A DNA stretch of 64,000 nt from Lysobacterales bacterium (GTDB lineage Bacteria > Pseudomonadota > Gammaproteobacteria > Xanthomonadales > SZUA-5), in the NCBI GenBank assembly GCA_022844165.1, contig JALHMH010000010.1:63950-127949 (forward strand), given 5' to 3'. The translations under genes and the position numbers were made by a program. How positions within the stretch are numbered: the stretch's first letter is position 1; each line of letters starts with the position of its first letter. Positions 1 through 10,397 of the stretch are shown here, piece by piece. Under the pieces are notes generated by a model, which saw only the letters and a list, made by a program, of their open reading frames with translations, was not told the DNA's origin and made no database searches.

Positions 1-145
1 CGAGGGATTCCGCTGGGCACTGTTTGGTCGGGCGCTGCCCGAACTCGAACCGATGTTGATTTCTTACGCGGTCGTAGCGTTGCTGTTTATCACGGGCCTG
101 CGCTACTTCCGACGCGTCGAACAAACCATGGTCGACGTGGTATGA
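1..145 (+). CDS. wzm: ABC transporter permease Wzm, 3' end only
   Basis: Frame 2 reads EGFRWALFG...YFRRVEQTMVDVV*, a typical Wzm C-terminus; its stop overlaps the wzt ATG. Confidence 0.85.
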   Translation, partial: EGFRWALFGRALPELEPMLISYAVVALLFITGLRYFRRVEQTMVDVV

Positions 146-1410
146 GCGATCTGGCGATTCGCATCGAGAATCTAGGCAAACGCTACGTCTTGGGCGAAAC
201 CCACGAACAGACATTGAGCGCGCAGTTCGGCCGATGGCTGAAGGCACCATTCCGGCCTCGAACCGAGGCGCGTATCGCTCCAAGCGAGTTTTGGGCGCTC
301 ACGAATATCTCGCTGGATATTGCGAAAGGCGAGGCTCTGGGGATTGTCGGCGGCAACGGAGCGGGAAAATCGACATTGCTCAAGATCCTGTCGCGCATCA
401 CGCCGCCGACCAAGGGGCGAGCGCAAGTACACGGTCGATTGTCGAGCCTGCTCGAAGTCGGAACCGGTTTCCATCCGGAGCTGACGGGGCGCGAGAACGT
501 CTTTCTGAACGGTACGATCCTCGGCATGCGCAAGGCCGAGGTCGCGCGCAAGTTCGACGAAATCGTCGCGTTTTCCGGCGTCGAGAAGTTCATCGACACG
601 CCGGTCAAACGGTATTCCTCCGGCATGTATGTGCGGCTCGCGTTCGCGGTCGCAGCGCACCTTGAGCCGGACGTGTTGATCATCGACGAGGTGCTCGCCG
701 TCGGCGATGCTGAGTTTCAGAAACGCTGCCTGGGCAAAATGAGCGACGTCGCGCAGCAAGGTCGAACTGTGATTTTCGTCAGCCATAACATGGCGGCCGT
801 GCAAAAGCTCTGCTCGCGGGCTGTGTGGATGGACCATGGCGAGGTCCGGACTTCAGGCAATCCGGCCGATGTCATCGGTGCATATCTGGAGTCCACCGCG
901 CATCCGGCCGAATCCGGCGCTGTGAAACCTGGCTACGCGTATTGGCGCGCGGCGGTTCCGACGCGCACCGAGGTCACAGCAGTGCGCTATCTCGACGCGC
1001 AACACAGGCCGATCGGTCAATCCGCCACGGGGGACTCGCTCGCAGTTGAGATCGAATACACGGCGGCGCAGCCGTACCGCAGTTTTTCGGTTGTGCTGCA
1101 AGTGGCAACACTCGATGGTGTTCCGTTGATACTGACCTCGACAACGCCCGATCGCGATTTGGCCTTTGCCGCGGACGCGGGACGACATCGTATTCGTTGC
1201 GTATTCAATACGATTCCTCTGGCGGCCGGCGAGTACCTGTTGGGCGTCGGGTTGGCGATTCCGAACGTAGAGTATGTCTGGCGCGAAGACGGGCTTTGCA
1301 GATTGCACGTCGCCCTGCGTGATGTGTTCGGATCAGGTTTGCCTCCCACGTCGGCACGCTACTTGATAGCCACCAGCCACGATTGGCATGCGCCGACGCC
1401 AATGCAGTGA
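142..1410 (+). CDS. wzt: Polysaccharide ABC transporter ATP-binding protein with C-terminal Wzt_C domain
   Basis: Walker A GGNGAGKST, signature YSSGMYVRL, IIDEVLAVGD; ~170-aa C-terminal beta-rich extension. Confidence 0.95.
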   Translation: MSDLAIRIENLGKRYVLGETHEQTLSAQFGRWLKAPFRPRTEARIAPSEFWALTNISLDIAKGEALGIVGGNGAGKSTLLKILSRITPPTKGRAQVHGRLSSLLEVGTGFHPELTGRENVFLNGTILGMRKAEVARKFDEIVAFSGVEKFIDTPVKRYSSGMYVRLAFAVAAHLEPDVLIIDEVLAVGDAEFQKRCLGKMSDVAQQGRTVIFVSHNMAAVQKLCSRAVWMDHGEVRTSGNPADVIGAYLESTAHPAESGAVKPGYAYWRAAVPTRTEVTAVRYLDAQHRPIGQSATGDSLAVEIEYTAAQPYRSFSVVLQVATLDGVPLILTSTTPDRDLAFAADAGRHRIRCVFNTIPLAAGEYLLGVGLAIPNVEYVWREDGLCRLHVALRDVFGSGLPPTSARYLIATSHDWHAPTPMQ

Positions 1411-1525
1411 TCGCCTTGACGCGAAGCCGAAACGCGCTAACGCGCAAGTTCGGGCCAGGACAGCTTGGCGCCGAGGGATCGAGCGGCGGCGGCAACATGC
1501 TATTTGCGCAAAATGTCGGCCTGCG

Positions 1526-2422
1526 ATGGCCGCTGTAACCTGTCGTCACTGCGGGAGCGATCAGCTCGAACGCGTCGACGCTGGCTGGTTGCAAGACGCG
1601 ACCTTACTTCGCTGCATGCGATGCGATCTGACGCAGCGCCTGCCGATTCCGGACGACGCTGCGCTCGCCGCCCTTTATGCGGAGACACCGTCCGAGGCGA
1701 TGGCCTATGTTTTTGCCGATCACCCAGCGTGGACGACCGCGCTCGACGTGATGCGTTCGCGCTTGGGCGGCGGCTCGATCCAGGTGCTCGATATTGGCTG
1801 TCACACTGGCGAGTTTCTGGCGGCCCTTCCGGCGGGTTGGCGGCGCTTTGGCATCGAAAGCGCTTCGGCGCCGATCGCGATTGCACAAGCCAAGGGTACG
1901 AACATCATTGCCGACCGATTGCAAACGGTGAGCACCGAATGGTTCGGTCGATTCGATGCCGTGACCGCGTTCGACGTGCTCGAACATTTGCCAGATCCGG
2001 CGTTGGCGATTGCCAGTGCGGCGCGCCTGTTGAAACCCGGCGGCCTGTTCTTGCTAAGCACCGCCGACATCGATTGTTGGACGTTTCGCGCTCTGCGCGG
2101 GGCGCATTGGTATTGGCAGACTCCGCAGCACATCAGCGCCGTTTCGCGGCGGTTCCTGGCACAAGTGGCCGAGGAGCAGGGATTGGTGGTTTCGCAGATC
2201 CACGCGATCGCACACCGCAGCGCCTCGGCCGCGGTGCGTTTGCGCGAATCGCTGCAAGTTTCGTATTGGTTTTGCCGCTTGCGTGGTGGCGCCTGGCGCG
2301 CACCGCAGCGTTTGCTGCATTGGGTTCCGGCGCTGCAAACGATGCGCCACTCGCAAATGCCACCTTGGGCGATGACGCTCAAAGATCACTGCATCGCCGT
2401 GATGGAATCGGGCGCACGATGA
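1526..2422 (+). CDS. Class I SAM-dependent methyltransferase with N-terminal Zn-ribbon-like CxxC pairs
   Basis: CRHC/CMRC, VLDIGCHTG, FDVLEHL; ATG 1526 chosen as start. Confidence 0.85.
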   Translation: MAAVTCRHCGSDQLERVDAGWLQDATLLRCMRCDLTQRLPIPDDAALAALYAETPSEAMAYVFADHPAWTTALDVMRSRLGGGSIQVLDIGCHTGEFLAALPAGWRRFGIESASAPIAIAQAKGTNIIADRLQTVSTEWFGRFDAVTAFDVLEHLPDPALAIASAARLLKPGGLFLLSTADIDCWTFRALRGAHWYWQTPQHISAVSRRFLAQVAEEQGLVVSQIHAIAHRSASAAVRLRESLQVSYWFCRLRGGAWRAPQRLLHWVPALQTMRHSQMPPWAMTLKDHCIAVMESGAR

Positions 2423-3180
2423 GAGAAGTCTTACGCTCGCTGTTAAATGCACTTGGACTGGACATCCGCCTGACGCGTAACTTGCGCGCTGCTGCGCTTG
2501 CAGCGCGCAAAGACCAGGAGTTCCACGCCTGGTCGCTGTTGCAACACCGCCGGTTTGTCAGCGTGCTCGACATCGGCGCCAATGAGGGCCAGTTCGCTAC
2601 CCTCGCGCGTCGTTTATGGCCGCAAGCGCAGATCCACTCCTTTGAACCATTGCCTAAGGTCCACGCGGTTTTGCAACAAACGCTCAACGGCCTCGGGAAT
2701 GCGCACGCGCACGCGCTGGCCTTGAGCCATCGCGCCGGGAAAACGGTGATGCACGCGAGCGCGTTTTCGCCGAGCTCGTCGCTCTTGCCGATGGCCGATT
2801 TACACCGCAGCGAATGGCCACAATCGGTCGAGCAAACGGCGGTCGAAGTCACGATGGCACGGCTCGACGACTGGGCCCGTGCTCAGCAGATTGCCGCGGG
2901 CCCACAGCTGATCAAGATCGATGTGCAAGGTCATGAGAAAGCGGTGATTGACGGTGGCCAGCAAACGCTGCGCTGCGCCGATGTGGTGGCGCTGGAAGTG
3001 TCGTTCTACGTGTTGTACGAAAAACAACCGCTGTTTGCCGAAATCTTCCGTGCGATGAGCGAGCTCGGTTTCGTTTATCGCGGAAACATAGAGCAGTTCC
3101 GCAGTAAGGATGGGCGTCGTGTCCTATATGCAGATGCAGTATTCGAAAACCTGGAGCGTGTGAGTGCGGACGAGCGATAA
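2419..3180 (+). CDS. FkbM family methyltransferase
   Basis: [24 protein letters not shown]; ATGA overlap start. Confidence 0.9.
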   Translation: MREVLRSLLNALGLDIRLTRNLRAAALAARKDQEFHAWSLLQHRRFVSVLDIGANEGQFATLARRLWPQAQIHSFEPLPKVHAVLQQTLNGLGNAHAHALALSHRAGKTVMHASAFSPSSSLLPMADLHRSEWPQSVEQTAVEVTMARLDDWARAQQIAAGPQLIKIDVQGHEKAVIDGGQQTLRCADVVALEVSFYVLYEKQPLFAEIFRAMSELGFVYRGNIEQFRSKDGRRVLYADAVFENLERVSADER

Positions 3181-4234
3181 GAAATTGTTGGTCACGGGTT
3201 CGGCCGGATTGATCGGCTCGGAAGCTGTCCACCATTTCTCCAGGCTTGGTTGGGATATTCGCGGTATCGACAACAACATGCGCGCAGATTTTTTCGGTGC
3301 AGATGGCGATACCCGTTGGAATCTGGAGCGGTTGTGTCGTCGTTGGCCCGCGTACCGTCATTTCGATCTCGATATCCGCGATCGCCACGCCGTGCTGGCG
3401 TTCTTGGACGAACACCCGGCGGATCTGATCGTCCACGCTGCTGCGCAACCCTCGCACGATCTCGCGGCAAAGCGACCGTTCGACGATTTCGATGTCAACG
3501 CCGTTGGCACGTTGAATCTGTTGGAGGCCACCCGCCGGTCGTGCCCGGAAGCGACGTTTTGTTATCTGAGCACCAACAAAGTGTACGGCGATGCGCCGAA
3601 TGAGCTGCCGCTGATCGAGCTGCCGACGCGCTGGGACTACGCACGCGCCGAAGACCAGCACGGCATTGGCGAAACGATGCGCGTCGACCAGTCCAAACAC
3701 AGCCTGTTCGGCGCCAGCAAACTTGCGGCAGATGTGATGGTCCAGGAGTTCGGTCGCTACTTCGGCATGAAGACTGTTTGCTTACGCGGCGGGTGTTTGA
3801 CCGGTTCGGCCCACAGCGGTGCTGAGCTGCACGGTTTTCTGGCCTATCTGGCGCGCTGCGTCGTTGAGGGGCGTCCATATCGTGTGTTTGGATATCTGGG
3901 AAAACAGGTGCGCGACAACATTGATGCCAGCGACGTTTGCGCATTCATCGAAGCGTTCCATGCGGCGCCGCGAGTTGGCGAGGTGTACAACATCGGCGGC
4001 GGTCGCGGTAACAGCATTTCAATGCTCGAAGCCATTGCCAAGCTCGAGGCGATCGCCGAGCGCAAGTTGTCCTGGACCTACATTGATGAGCCACGTTCGG
4101 GCGATCACATTTGCTACATCTCGGATTTGCGCAAGCTGCAAGCGCACTATCCCGAATGGTGCGTCGCAGTGAATCTGGACGACATCCTGAGCAGCATCGT
4201 GCGGGTTTTGATCGAGGAACGCCGTGCGGCCTGA
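3164..4234 (+). CDS. NAD-dependent epimerase, CDP-paratose 2-epimerase-like
   Basis: GSAGLIG, AAQPSHD, STNKVYG, FGASK, GKQVRD. Confidence 0.88.
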   Translation: MRTSDKKLLVTGSAGLIGSEAVHHFSRLGWDIRGIDNNMRADFFGADGDTRWNLERLCRRWPAYRHFDLDIRDRHAVLAFLDEHPADLIVHAAAQPSHDLAAKRPFDDFDVNAVGTLNLLEATRRSCPEATFCYLSTNKVYGDAPNELPLIELPTRWDYARAEDQHGIGETMRVDQSKHSLFGASKLAADVMVQEFGRYFGMKTVCLRGGCLTGSAHSGAELHGFLAYLARCVVEGRPYRVFGYLGKQVRDNIDASDVCAFIEAFHAAPRVGEVYNIGGGRGNSISMLEAIAKLEAIAERKLSWTYIDEPRSGDHICYISDLRKLQAHYPEWCVAVNLDDILSSIVRVLIEERRAA

Positions 4235-5465
4235 GGCATTGCCCAACGTCATCGACGAATCTGCCGAGTTCGCGGCAATGCGGACGCTACCGAATACCTT
4301 GCTGGTGACCTGCACGCCGCCGGGCCAGAACGGCGTCGGTGCCATCATTCTCGACGATCTGATTCGTTTGTTTCCAAGCGATCGACTGACGGTCGCCGTG
4401 GTCGACAATTCGGCGACAGCGGCGACGGACGTCCGTCACGGGATTCGCGTCGAGCACTTCGGCCGGCGCTATCGCCTGTCGGGCGGCGCCAGGTTCGGCC
4501 GAGTGGGTCGGGCGCTCGCGACGCCGATTGTTTCGAGTCTCCAGAGGGCGGCAACCAGCGCAAATCTTGTCGCTTTACGATCACTCCTGGCACAGGGGCA
4601 ATTCGATCGCATTTGGTTGGTACTCAGCAGTCCTTGGATCATCGATCTTGCCGCAGAGTTGATGGATGAAGGTGTTCCAGTGGTCGCATTGGTGTGGGAC
4701 GACGTTGAGCACAATCTCAACTATTTCGGCGCCAGCTCCGGTACCCGGCGTCGGCTTCGGGCTGGATTCGACGCCGTGATGAAGCGCGCGCACCGGATCG
4801 CGGTGATCGGCGAATCGATGCGCGACGAATACCGAGCACGCTATGGCCGAGATAGTGTCATCGTTCGCCACGGGTTGGCCCCTGCGTTGCCGATTTCGTA
4901 CGCCGGCAGTGGCGATCTGGTGCGGATTGGTTTTGCTGGCAGCGTGACGGCGCGCAGCGCATTCGACCTGCTGCTTTCGACGCTCGATGACATGCATTGG
5001 CGAGTTGCCGCGCGTGACATCGAACTCTGCGTGATGGGCGGCCGATTCGATCTTTGGTCGCGCGTGCCACGGCGAATTCTCTGCCTGGGCTGGCGCGACG
5101 TAGCGGACACCGTGGCAGAGCTGTCGCGCTGCACCTTCAACTACTTACCGCAACCCTTCGAGAGCGACTGGACAAACTTCGCATCGCTTTCGTTTCCATC
5201 GAAGACCACAACGTATCTGGCGGCTGGCGCACCGCTGCTGATTCACGCGCCGCCACATGCGTCGCTGCCGCGGTTCGTTGCGGATCATCCAATTGCGCAC
5301 ACGGTTGATCGTTTGGACGCGACGTTGCTGCGCGGTGCAATCGAAGATTTGGCAACCGATGCGAATCTCAGGGCGCGATTGTGCGAAGCCGGGCGCATCG
5401 CGCTTGAGCAGGTTTTTTCTCCCGATACCTTCCGGCGTTCGTTTCTGGAGTTTATCGACGCCTGA
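4224..5465 (+). CDS. GT-B glycosyltransferase (GT4-like)
   Basis: IGFAGS and [15 protein letters not shown] motifs; operon context; start uncertain. Confidence 0.75.
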   Translation: MRPEALPNVIDESAEFAAMRTLPNTLLVTCTPPGQNGVGAIILDDLIRLFPSDRLTVAVVDNSATAATDVRHGIRVEHFGRRYRLSGGARFGRVGRALATPIVSSLQRAATSANLVALRSLLAQGQFDRIWLVLSSPWIIDLAAELMDEGVPVVALVWDDVEHNLNYFGASSGTRRRLRAGFDAVMKRAHRIAVIGESMRDEYRARYGRDSVIVRHGLAPALPISYAGSGDLVRIGFAGSVTARSAFDLLLSTLDDMHWRVAARDIELCVMGGRFDLWSRVPRRILCLGWRDVADTVAELSRCTFNYLPQPFESDWTNFASLSFPSKTTTYLAAGAPLLIHAPPHASLPRFVADHPIAHTVDRLDATLLRGAIEDLATDANLRARLCEAGRIALEQVFSPDTFRRSFLEFIDA

Positions 5466-7315
5466 TGTGTGGCATTTCCGGGCAGCTTTGGTTCGGCGGC
5501 CGCGTGGCCGATCGCGAACTTGCGTCCGCCATGAACGCCAGACTCGAGCACCGCGGTCCGGATGGCGGTGCAATCCATGTGTCTGGACCGATAGCGCTCG
5601 GTCACCGTCGCTTGGCGATCATCGATCCCAAATCGGGGCAGCAGCCGCTGTACAACGAAGATCGCAAGGTGGTCGCCATTGTCAATGGCGAGATCTACAA
5701 CTACCGTGAGTTGCGTCGGCAACTGACCGATCTGGGCCACAGATTTGAGACTGCCGGCGACTGCGAAACGATCGTGCATGGCTATGAGCAGTGGGGCGCG
5801 GCAGTCGTTGAGCGATTGCGCGGCATGTTCGCCTTCGCCCTGTGGGACGAGCGTGCGAATCGGCTGCTGCTGGCGCGAGATCGCTTAGGGATCAAGCCGC
5901 TGTGTTACACGGTCAACAATCAGCGCCTGTTGTTTGCGTCGGAACTGCAGGCGTTGACCGTTGCGACGGATTTCGACCGCACCGTTGATCTTGATGCGCT
6001 GGATGCCTATCTGCATCTGCAATACATTCCTGCGCCAAAGACGATTTACGCGAACACCCGTAAGCTCGAGCCGGGTCATCTGCTGGAGGCTGACGCGAGC
6101 GGACGGATATCGCCGGTGCGCCGCTGGTGGACGTTGCGCTGGCAACCAGACCGGCACCGATCCGACGCCGAGTGGGCCGAAGCCACCGATGCTGCATTGA
6201 AAGATGCGGTGCGTTCACACCTGGTGGCAGACGTCTCTTTCGGCGCTTTTTTGTCCGGCGGTGTTGATTCAAGTACGGTCGTGGCGTACGCGGCAGAAGC
6301 GCTGGCTACGCCTTTGACGACATTCACGATCGGCTTCGACGTTCCATCGTTGGACGAACGCGCCGAGGCACGGCGCTTTGCCGAGGTCGCTCAGACTCGT
6401 CATCAGGAACAGCTGGTTGGCGTCGACGCCCTGGCGCTATTGCCGTCCATCGCACGACATTATGGCGAACCGTTCGCCGACAGCTCAGCGGTGTGCACCT
6501 GGCGCGTCTGCGAGCAAGCGCGGCGCGAAATGCCTATGGTGCTTTCTGGCGACGGCGGCGACGAAGTGTTTGCCGGTTACGACTATTTCCCGAAGCTCGT
6601 AGAAACCTATCCGGAACGCGCCGGACTGCTTGCGGTGAAGCGACGGATCGGTAATCTGCTGCGCGCGGTGGGCGCCATCACAGCCGCCCCTACATTGAGC
6701 GATGCCTGGTACGGGCGTTCTCCATTTTTCGGCGATCCGGCGCGGCGTCTGTTGTGGCGCACGGAGCATCGCACGCGCACCGAGGCAACACGTGTGTGGA
6801 ACGCCACGCAGTTCTCATCGAATGTTGGGCTCGATACCCTGGCGCGCGCCCAGGATGTCGATCTCAAGACCTATTTGCCGAACAACAATCTGGCGAAGGT
6901 CGATATCGCCAGCATGGCCAACGGGCTAGAGGTGCGAGTCCCGCTGCTTGATCATTTGCTCGTCGAGACCATCGCGTCAATGCCTGCGTCGCAACGTCTG
7001 CGCAAGACCGAGAACGGCTGGTGCACAAAGTTCGCGCTGAAGACTGCCGCGAACCGCTTCTACCCATGGGATTGGCTCAACACCAACAAACGCGGATTCT
7101 CGGTTCCCGTCGGTCACTGGATGAGCGCTATGGGCGGCGAGTTGCGGTCGCGATTGAGCGATTCTCGTGGCCCGGTGCATCAGTTGTTCGAGCCCAATGT
7201 GGTGAATCAGTTACTCAATGAGCATGCCGCTGGACAAGATCATGGTCATCGTCTCTGGAGCCTGCTGGTGCTCGACGAATGGCATCGTCAGTTTGGAAGT
7301 GGTTCGCAAGCATGA
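5465..7315 (+). CDS. asnB: Asparagine synthase (glutamine-hydrolysing)-family amidotransferase
   Basis: MCGI Ntn cysteine, HRGPD, NGEIYN, LSGGVDS, SGDGGDE, EVRVPLLD. Confidence 0.95.
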   Translation: MCGISGQLWFGGRVADRELASAMNARLEHRGPDGGAIHVSGPIALGHRRLAIIDPKSGQQPLYNEDRKVVAIVNGEIYNYRELRRQLTDLGHRFETAGDCETIVHGYEQWGAAVVERLRGMFAFALWDERANRLLLARDRLGIKPLCYTVNNQRLLFASELQALTVATDFDRTVDLDALDAYLHLQYIPAPKTIYANTRKLEPGHLLEADASGRISPVRRWWTLRWQPDRHRSDAEWAEATDAALKDAVRSHLVADVSFGAFLSGGVDSSTVVAYAAEALATPLTTFTIGFDVPSLDERAEARRFAEVAQTRHQEQLVGVDALALLPSIARHYGEPFADSSAVCTWRVCEQARREMPMVLSGDGGDEVFAGYDYFPKLVETYPERAGLLAVKRRIGNLLRAVGAITAAPTLSDAWYGRSPFFGDPARRLLWRTEHRTRTEATRVWNATQFSSNVGLDTLARAQDVDLKTYLPNNNLAKVDIASMANGLEVRVPLLDHLLVETIASMPASQRLRKTENGWCTKFALKTAANRFYPWDWLNTNKRGFSVPVGHWMSAMGGELRSRLSDSRGPVHQLFEPNVVNQLLNEHAAGQDHGHRLWSLLVLDEWHRQFGSGSQA

Positions 7316-8565
7316 GGATTGCCCACGTGCACGCCTCCGATTTGGGCGGTGGCGCGGAGCGCAGTGTTGTTTCGCTGCACCATGCGCTACGGGCGTTGGG
7401 CCATACCTCAACGGTATTTGTCGGCGAGCGGCGCACTGACGAAAAGGGCGTGGTCGAGATCCCCTACGTGCGTGGTGTGCCGGGACTACGTCGACTGGCG
7501 CGAAGCCTCGAGCGGTGGGGTGGCTGGCAGGATATTTACAACCCAAGTTTTCGCGGCCTGGCAGCGCAGTTGGGTGAATACGATGTCATCCACTTCCATT
7601 CGTTGTGGGGGTCGCAGGGTTACGCCGATCTGGCGGCGCTGCCAGCGATGACCGCGCGCGTACCGGGCGTACTCACGCTGCGGGACGAGTGGATGCTCAC
7701 CGGACATTGCGCCTATTCGTTTCAGTGCCGGCGCTGGCAAATCGGATGCGGCCGATGTCCGGACCTGTCGATACCACCGGCCGTGAGGCGAGATGGAACC
7801 GCGTTCAACTGGCGCCGGAAGAAGCGCTTGATCGGGCGGTCGCGCGTGCACGTGGTAGCCATTTCCGACCATATGAAGCGCTTGGCCGAAGCCAGCCCAA
7901 TACTCTCGCAGCATCCAATCTCGCGTATCTACAACGGCATCAATGTCGATTGCTTTCGGCCGCTGGGTGATCCGCAGCGTAACCGCGAGCGGTCGGTGCT
8001 CGGTTACAGCGAATCCGACTTCGTCGTCATCATTGCCGGGCAGACAGTCGAAGGCATTCGTCAGCGCATTGCCAGCCATCATGCGATCGCCGCACTCGAT
8101 GCGTTCGCATCGTCCTGTGCGTCGTTGCGCGTTCTGGTCGTCGGCCATTCGGCTGAGCGGGTTGCGGCGGCAATTGCGGCCCCATGCCAACGCCTGCCGT
8201 TCCAAGACGACCCGGCGACCATGGCGCGATTGTTCGCGGCGGCGGATGTTTGTCTGGTGACGAGCGAAGTCGAAGCCTTCGGTCGAATCGGTGCTGAAGC
8301 GCAAGCCTGCGGCACGCCAGTGGTAGCGTTGGCCGTCGGCGGAATTCCTGAAGTCGTTGTCGACGGCGTCGGCGGATTCGCCGTGCCACCATCCAGCCCC
8401 AGTGGCTTGACAGAAGCTCTGCTGAAATTGACCGACGCAGATTTGCGGCGTCGGCTCGCGGCCGATGGGCGTGCGCACGTCGAGAAGAATTTCGATCAGC
8501 GGCAGGTTGCCGTTGCCTATCTCAGTTTGTACCAACGGGTTGCAGAGCGTGACACGCAGCATTGA
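7312..8565 (+). CDS. GT4 glycosyltransferase (WcaC-like)
   Basis: GGAE, TLRDEWMLTGHC, EAFGRIGAEAQACGTP. Confidence 0.9.
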   Translation: MRIAHVHASDLGGGAERSVVSLHHALRALGHTSTVFVGERRTDEKGVVEIPYVRGVPGLRRLARSLERWGGWQDIYNPSFRGLAAQLGEYDVIHFHSLWGSQGYADLAALPAMTARVPGVLTLRDEWMLTGHCAYSFQCRRWQIGCGRCPDLSIPPAVRRDGTAFNWRRKKRLIGRSRVHVVAISDHMKRLAEASPILSQHPISRIYNGINVDCFRPLGDPQRNRERSVLGYSESDFVVIIAGQTVEGIRQRIASHHAIAALDAFASSCASLRVLVVGHSAERVAAAIAAPCQRLPFQDDPATMARLFAAADVCLVTSEVEAFGRIGAEAQACGTPVVALAVGGIPEVVVDGVGGFAVPPSSPSGLTEALLKLTDADLRRRLAADGRAHVEKNFDQRQVAVAYLSLYQRVAERDTQH

Positions 8566-9490
8566 CGTCGTAATTCCGGCGTTCAACGCCGAGCGCTATC
8601 TCGAACGCGCGATCGAGTCGGTGCTGGCACTTGGCCGCGATGCCTTGCGGGTGCTGATCGTCGACGACGGATCCTCCGATCAGACGTCAAGAATCGCACA
8701 GCGCTTTGCGGACCGCTGGCCAGCACAATGTCGACTGCTTCGCTGCAGCGAGAATCGTGGTGTCAGCGCCGCCAGGAACATTGGAATCCAGGCGGCTACG
8801 GCCCAGTTCATTGCATTTCTCGACGCCGACGACGTGTATTTGCCGAACCGCTTTGCCAGCTTCGATGCGCTTGATGATGAGGCATTGCAGCGCATCGACG
8901 GCATCTACCAAAGTGCGCGCATTGTGCCGGAGGGTGAAAGAGACCTGGATGGTGGCACGGGCGACGGAACGACGTTCGGTATCGTGCGCCCGTTGTTCGG
9001 TCCAGCGCTGCTGGCGGAGTTGCTGACGGGCTATTGCTGGGCCACCAGCGCGATTGTGATACGGCGTTCCGTGTTCGCACAATGCGGTGTTTTCGACCCC
9101 GCCAGGAAGATCGCCGAGGATTGCCATTTGTGGTTTCGCCTGGCCACCTTCGCAGCGCTTCGCGCCGGAGCGATGGACGAGCCAGTGAGCGTGTATTGGC
9201 GACACGCTGAAAACACCTTTGTGCCGCGCATTGAGCACCGTTTGCCGATGCTGGATGCGATGCTGGATGCATGGCGATATGCGGCAACGAACCGGGCACC
9301 GGTGGCGATGCTCCGCACTTACGCCGAAGCTGTGCCGCGTTATGCGCTACGCAGTGTGATTGCCGCCCGCGAAGCGAATGCGCCAGTTGTCGCAAGACAG
9401 TTACTGATGCGGTTGGCCAGATCCAGGCCGCGTACCGCGATCGGCGCGGAGTTTCTCAGGCAAGCCTGGGCTTTGGCGCGCGCCGCGTGA
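8549..9490 (+). CDS. GT2 glycosyltransferase
   Basis: VVIPAFN, VDDGSSD, ARNIG, FLDADD, AED. Confidence 0.9.
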   Translation: MTRSIDVVIPAFNAERYLERAIESVLALGRDALRVLIVDDGSSDQTSRIAQRFADRWPAQCRLLRCSENRGVSAARNIGIQAATAQFIAFLDADDVYLPNRFASFDALDDEALQRIDGIYQSARIVPEGERDLDGGTGDGTTFGIVRPLFGPALLAELLTGYCWATSAIVIRRSVFAQCGVFDPARKIAEDCHLWFRLATFAALRAGAMDEPVSVYWRHAENTFVPRIEHRLPMLDAMLDAWRYAATNRAPVAMLRTYAEAVPRYALRSVIAAREANAPVVARQLLMRLARSRPRTAIGAEFLRQAWALARAA

Positions 9491-9527
9491 GGGCAAATCC
9501 CGTCGCGAACAGTGACGCCAAGTCATC

Positions 9528-10397
9528 GTGAAAACGATTGCCCGTTGGGTCATTCGGACGATCGTATATGGTTATCTGTACCGCAAGAGGTGGACGATGC
9601 CCACTGCGGAAAAGTGGGCGGAGCGATTCAAGTCCTGGCCGGCATTTTTTGCGCAGTGGCCTTTCCTTAAACGCGCCCAGGTACATGGCGGTGCGCTTAT
9701 GGAGCTTGGGTTGGTCGATGTCATTGAGCGCAACCTTCTGGTCACCGGTCATTGGGAAACGCATATTGAGAAGGCGCTTGAGAAATTGCTTCGCCCCGGC
9801 GATTGTTTCGTCGATGTCGGAAGCAATATCGGGCACTTCAGTTTATTGGCATCGCGCTTGGTGGGCGCTTCGGGTTGCGTGCTTGCCATCGAGCCCTGTT
9901 GGCAGAGTCTCGCAAAACTGGCGCGGCACCTTTCGCTGAACGCGGTTGAGAACGTGTACCTATTGGCTTGCGCAAGCGGGGCAGCTGTTGGCGACGGTGG
10001 TATTGCCTTCCTGACAGGCAACAATGCTGGCGCGGCGACGATGCGTGACACCGCCGTCGGCCAGGGGCGCCAACGGGTATTGATCGAACCGTTAGACGAC
10101 TGCTTAGAGGGCCATGGAATTCGGCCGAACTTGGTCAAGATCGATGTCGAAGGGTTCGAGCTTAAAGCGCTTCGTGGTTTGCAACGCTGCCTCGCGCGCG
10201 ACCGGCCCATCGTGCTGCTGGAACTGACACCTGGGTTCTTGCAGCAAGCTGGCGATAATGCCCAGCAGTTGTTGCGGTTCATGGCGGGACACGGCTATCG
10301 CTGCGAGTCGCTCCTTGATGAGCGCCGCATTGAACCCGGCGAATCGGGATTAGAGCAGCTGGGTCAGATCGACGTGGTTTTTCTGCCGGCTCATTGA
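9528..10397 (+). CDS. FkbM family methyltransferase
   Basis: [21 protein letters not shown]. Confidence 0.9.
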   Translation: MKTIARWVIRTIVYGYLYRKRWTMPTAEKWAERFKSWPAFFAQWPFLKRAQVHGGALMELGLVDVIERNLLVTGHWETHIEKALEKLLRPGDCFVDVGSNIGHFSLLASRLVGASGCVLAIEPCWQSLAKLARHLSLNAVENVYLLACASGAAVGDGGIAFLTGNNAGAATMRDTAVGQGRQRVLIEPLDDCLEGHGIRPNLVKIDVEGFELKALRGLQRCLARDRPIVLLELTPGFLQQAGDNAQQLLRFMAGHGYRCESLLDERRIEPGESGLEQLGQIDVVFLPAH

